From Lytechinus pictus (taxonomy: Eukaryota): a DNA stretch of 64,000 nt. The notes beneath the pieces are model-generated. The model saw only the letters and a list, made by a program, of their open reading frames with translations, was not told where the DNA came from and did no database searches. Positions 62,001 through 64,000 of this stretch are shown here, one piece after another. The first letter of the stretch is position 1. Each line of letters begins with the position of its first letter. The translations under genes were made by a program, and so were the position numbers. The stretch lies in contig NC_087252.1 of assembly GCF_037042905.1 (NCBI RefSeq), positions 7,380,001-7,444,000 of the forward strand, in the 5' to 3' direction.

Positions 62001-64000
62001 ATGGCTGATACAAATAACTCTTCTTTCAAATTTTATGATAATGATTCATCTGATAGAGAATCCAGTGACTTTAATACCTCTTCAGCCTCATATGATAATA
62101 ATTTTGCAGATAATTTTAATCTATCATCTGAGGAGTTAAATTATGCCAATGATTCTAATCAATGTTCACTTCCAATTCCCTCCTCGAAATATATAACCCA
62201 ATTACAATTAAAAGAAGTAACAAAAAAAAATTCTAAAAACTCATTTTCCTTACTGCATATGAATATCAGAAGCATAAGTAAACATTTTGAAGACCTTCAG
62301 ATTCTTTTAGACAACCATAATAAACATTCTTTTTCAGTTATTGGCTTGACCGAAACTTGGCTTACAACTGACACAAATTTACCTTATGCATTAAATGGAT
62401 ATGATTTTATTGTTAATAACAGATCAAAAAAGTCGGGTAGGGGCGTAGCACTTTATCTTTCCAATAATTTTGAATTCACTGCCCTAAACGAACTTAATTT
62501 TATGAATGAATTTATTGAGTCATTATTTGTTGAAATTTCTATTCCTCATGGCAAAAATATAATAATTGGAATTATTTATAGACCCCCAAACTCAAATAAT
62601 AATGATTTCTTTCAATTTATAACATCTATTCTGAGTAATGTTAATTTTATTAACAAAGATGTATTTGTAATGGGCGATTTTAATATCGATCTATTAAAAC
62701 ATGCTAGTAACAATTTCTCACATGACTTTCTTGAAACACTTTACTCAGCCTCGTTCTTGCCATTAATTTCTAATAAACCTACGCGTGTTAGCAATCACTC
62801 AGCCACTCTCCTTGACAATATTCTGTGTAACTCATTACCACCCCCAGAATCCTTAATAGTCCTTTCTGATATTACTGATCATTATCCAATTATGTCATTT
62901 TTTAATCTTAATTGTTCCTTAAATAAAGTATATCCCTTACCAGCAAGACGTAGGGCCACCCCAGAAAACATAGCTAGTCTTGGTGTCAGTTTAGATAGAG
63001 TTGATTGGTCTAGTGTTTATAACACTGACGATGTCGATCTATCCTTAGGCATTTTTTTAAGTATATTTAAAAAACATCTAGATGATCATATTCCTAAAAA
63101 GAATGATAATCGAGTTAATTATAAAACATCACCCAGACTTCCATGGATTTCTAACTCCCTCTTGCGCTCAATTAATAAAAAAAACCGACTGTACTATAAA
63201 AAAATTCAAAATAAAAAAGAATGAACATTCAAAAATTAAGTATACTTCTTATAAAAATACATTAATAAAAATCTTGCGTGCAGAAAAAAAGAAATATTAC
63301 TCAATTCAATTAGAACAATATAAACATGACATGAAAAACACATGGAAAGTTATTAAGCAAGCCCTGAATATTTCAAAAAAGAAATCAAATATTACTAAAA
63401 TAAGATTTAATAATCGGAATATTGAAGATCCCACAGATATCGCCAATGTTTTAAATTCATACTTTTCTACCATAGGAAAAAATCTGGCACAAAAAATTCC
63501 ACAATCTAATAAGCATTTTTCTAAATTCTTGGGACAACCTAATGCCAATTCCATTTTCTTCTATCCGACTACTATTTATGAAGTGACCGATATTGTTTCC
63601 TCCTTAAATAATAAACACAGTGCTGGTCATGATGACATAAGTAATTTTATATTAAAAGGTACCATTTCGTCTATTGTTGAGCCCTTGACACATATATTAA
63701 ATAAATATATTTTAAGTGGTATTTTTCCTAAGCAAATGAAAATTGCGAAAATTATTCCCTTATTTAAAAAGGGAGACGAGCTTGATGCTGGTAATTACCG
63801 TCCCATATCTTTACTCTCTTCTCTTTCTAAGATTTTAGAAAGATTAATTTTTATTAGAACAACTAAATTTCTTAAAGTCAATGATATATTTACTAACTTT
63901 CAATTTGGTTTTAGACAAAAACATAGCACTATCCACGCTCTTTTAAATTTTGTGCATAAAGTAGCCCATTCTTTGGATGATCATTCGCATCTAATTGGTA
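62001..64000 (+). mobile_element. Non-LTR retrotransposon (CR1/L2/Crack group) ORF2: APE endonuclease + reverse transcriptase, one +1 frameshift, truncated by the window end
   Basis: APE motifs HMNIRS, GLTETWL, GRGVALY, IYRPP, MGDFN, LLDNI, TDHYPI. After the A7 run at 63198-63204 the shifted frame is open to 64000 with PLFKKGD, NYRPISLLSSLSKILER, QFGFR. Confidence 0.93.

Overview
Eukaryotic, AT-rich, intron- and repeat-rich animal DNA. The repeat content and gene style suggest an invertebrate deuterostome, probably a sea urchin (inference). Three host genes can be read from the sequence. (1) The 5' four coding exons of a Cbl E3 ubiquitin ligase on the minus strand (TKB, linker and most of the RING; the rest lies left of the window). 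(2) A complete 17-exon TBC1D23 gene on the plus strand (770 aa), head-to-head with Cbl across a ~480-bp bidirectional promoter with NRF1-, ETS- and YY1-like motifs. (3) A single-coding-exon class A GPCR on the minus strand with a signal peptide and a long S/T-rich ectodomain. The right end holds a CR1/L2-group LINE ORF2 (APE + RT) with one frameshift. Introns and spacers contain many MITEs (TTAA/Kolobok-like, piggyBac-like, hAT-like, Harbinger-like, Tc1/pogo-like), tRNA-derived SINEs, LINE tails and microsatellites. The most unusual non-coding items are three minimal hammerhead-ribozyme motifs (two in Penelope-like insertions with TSDs, one U3:A8 core variant in a fold-back), a MITE flanked by a ~145-bp TTAA-to-TTAA duplication, and a ~780-bp palindromic MITE built from two copies of one end. 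All assignments were made by eye without searches.
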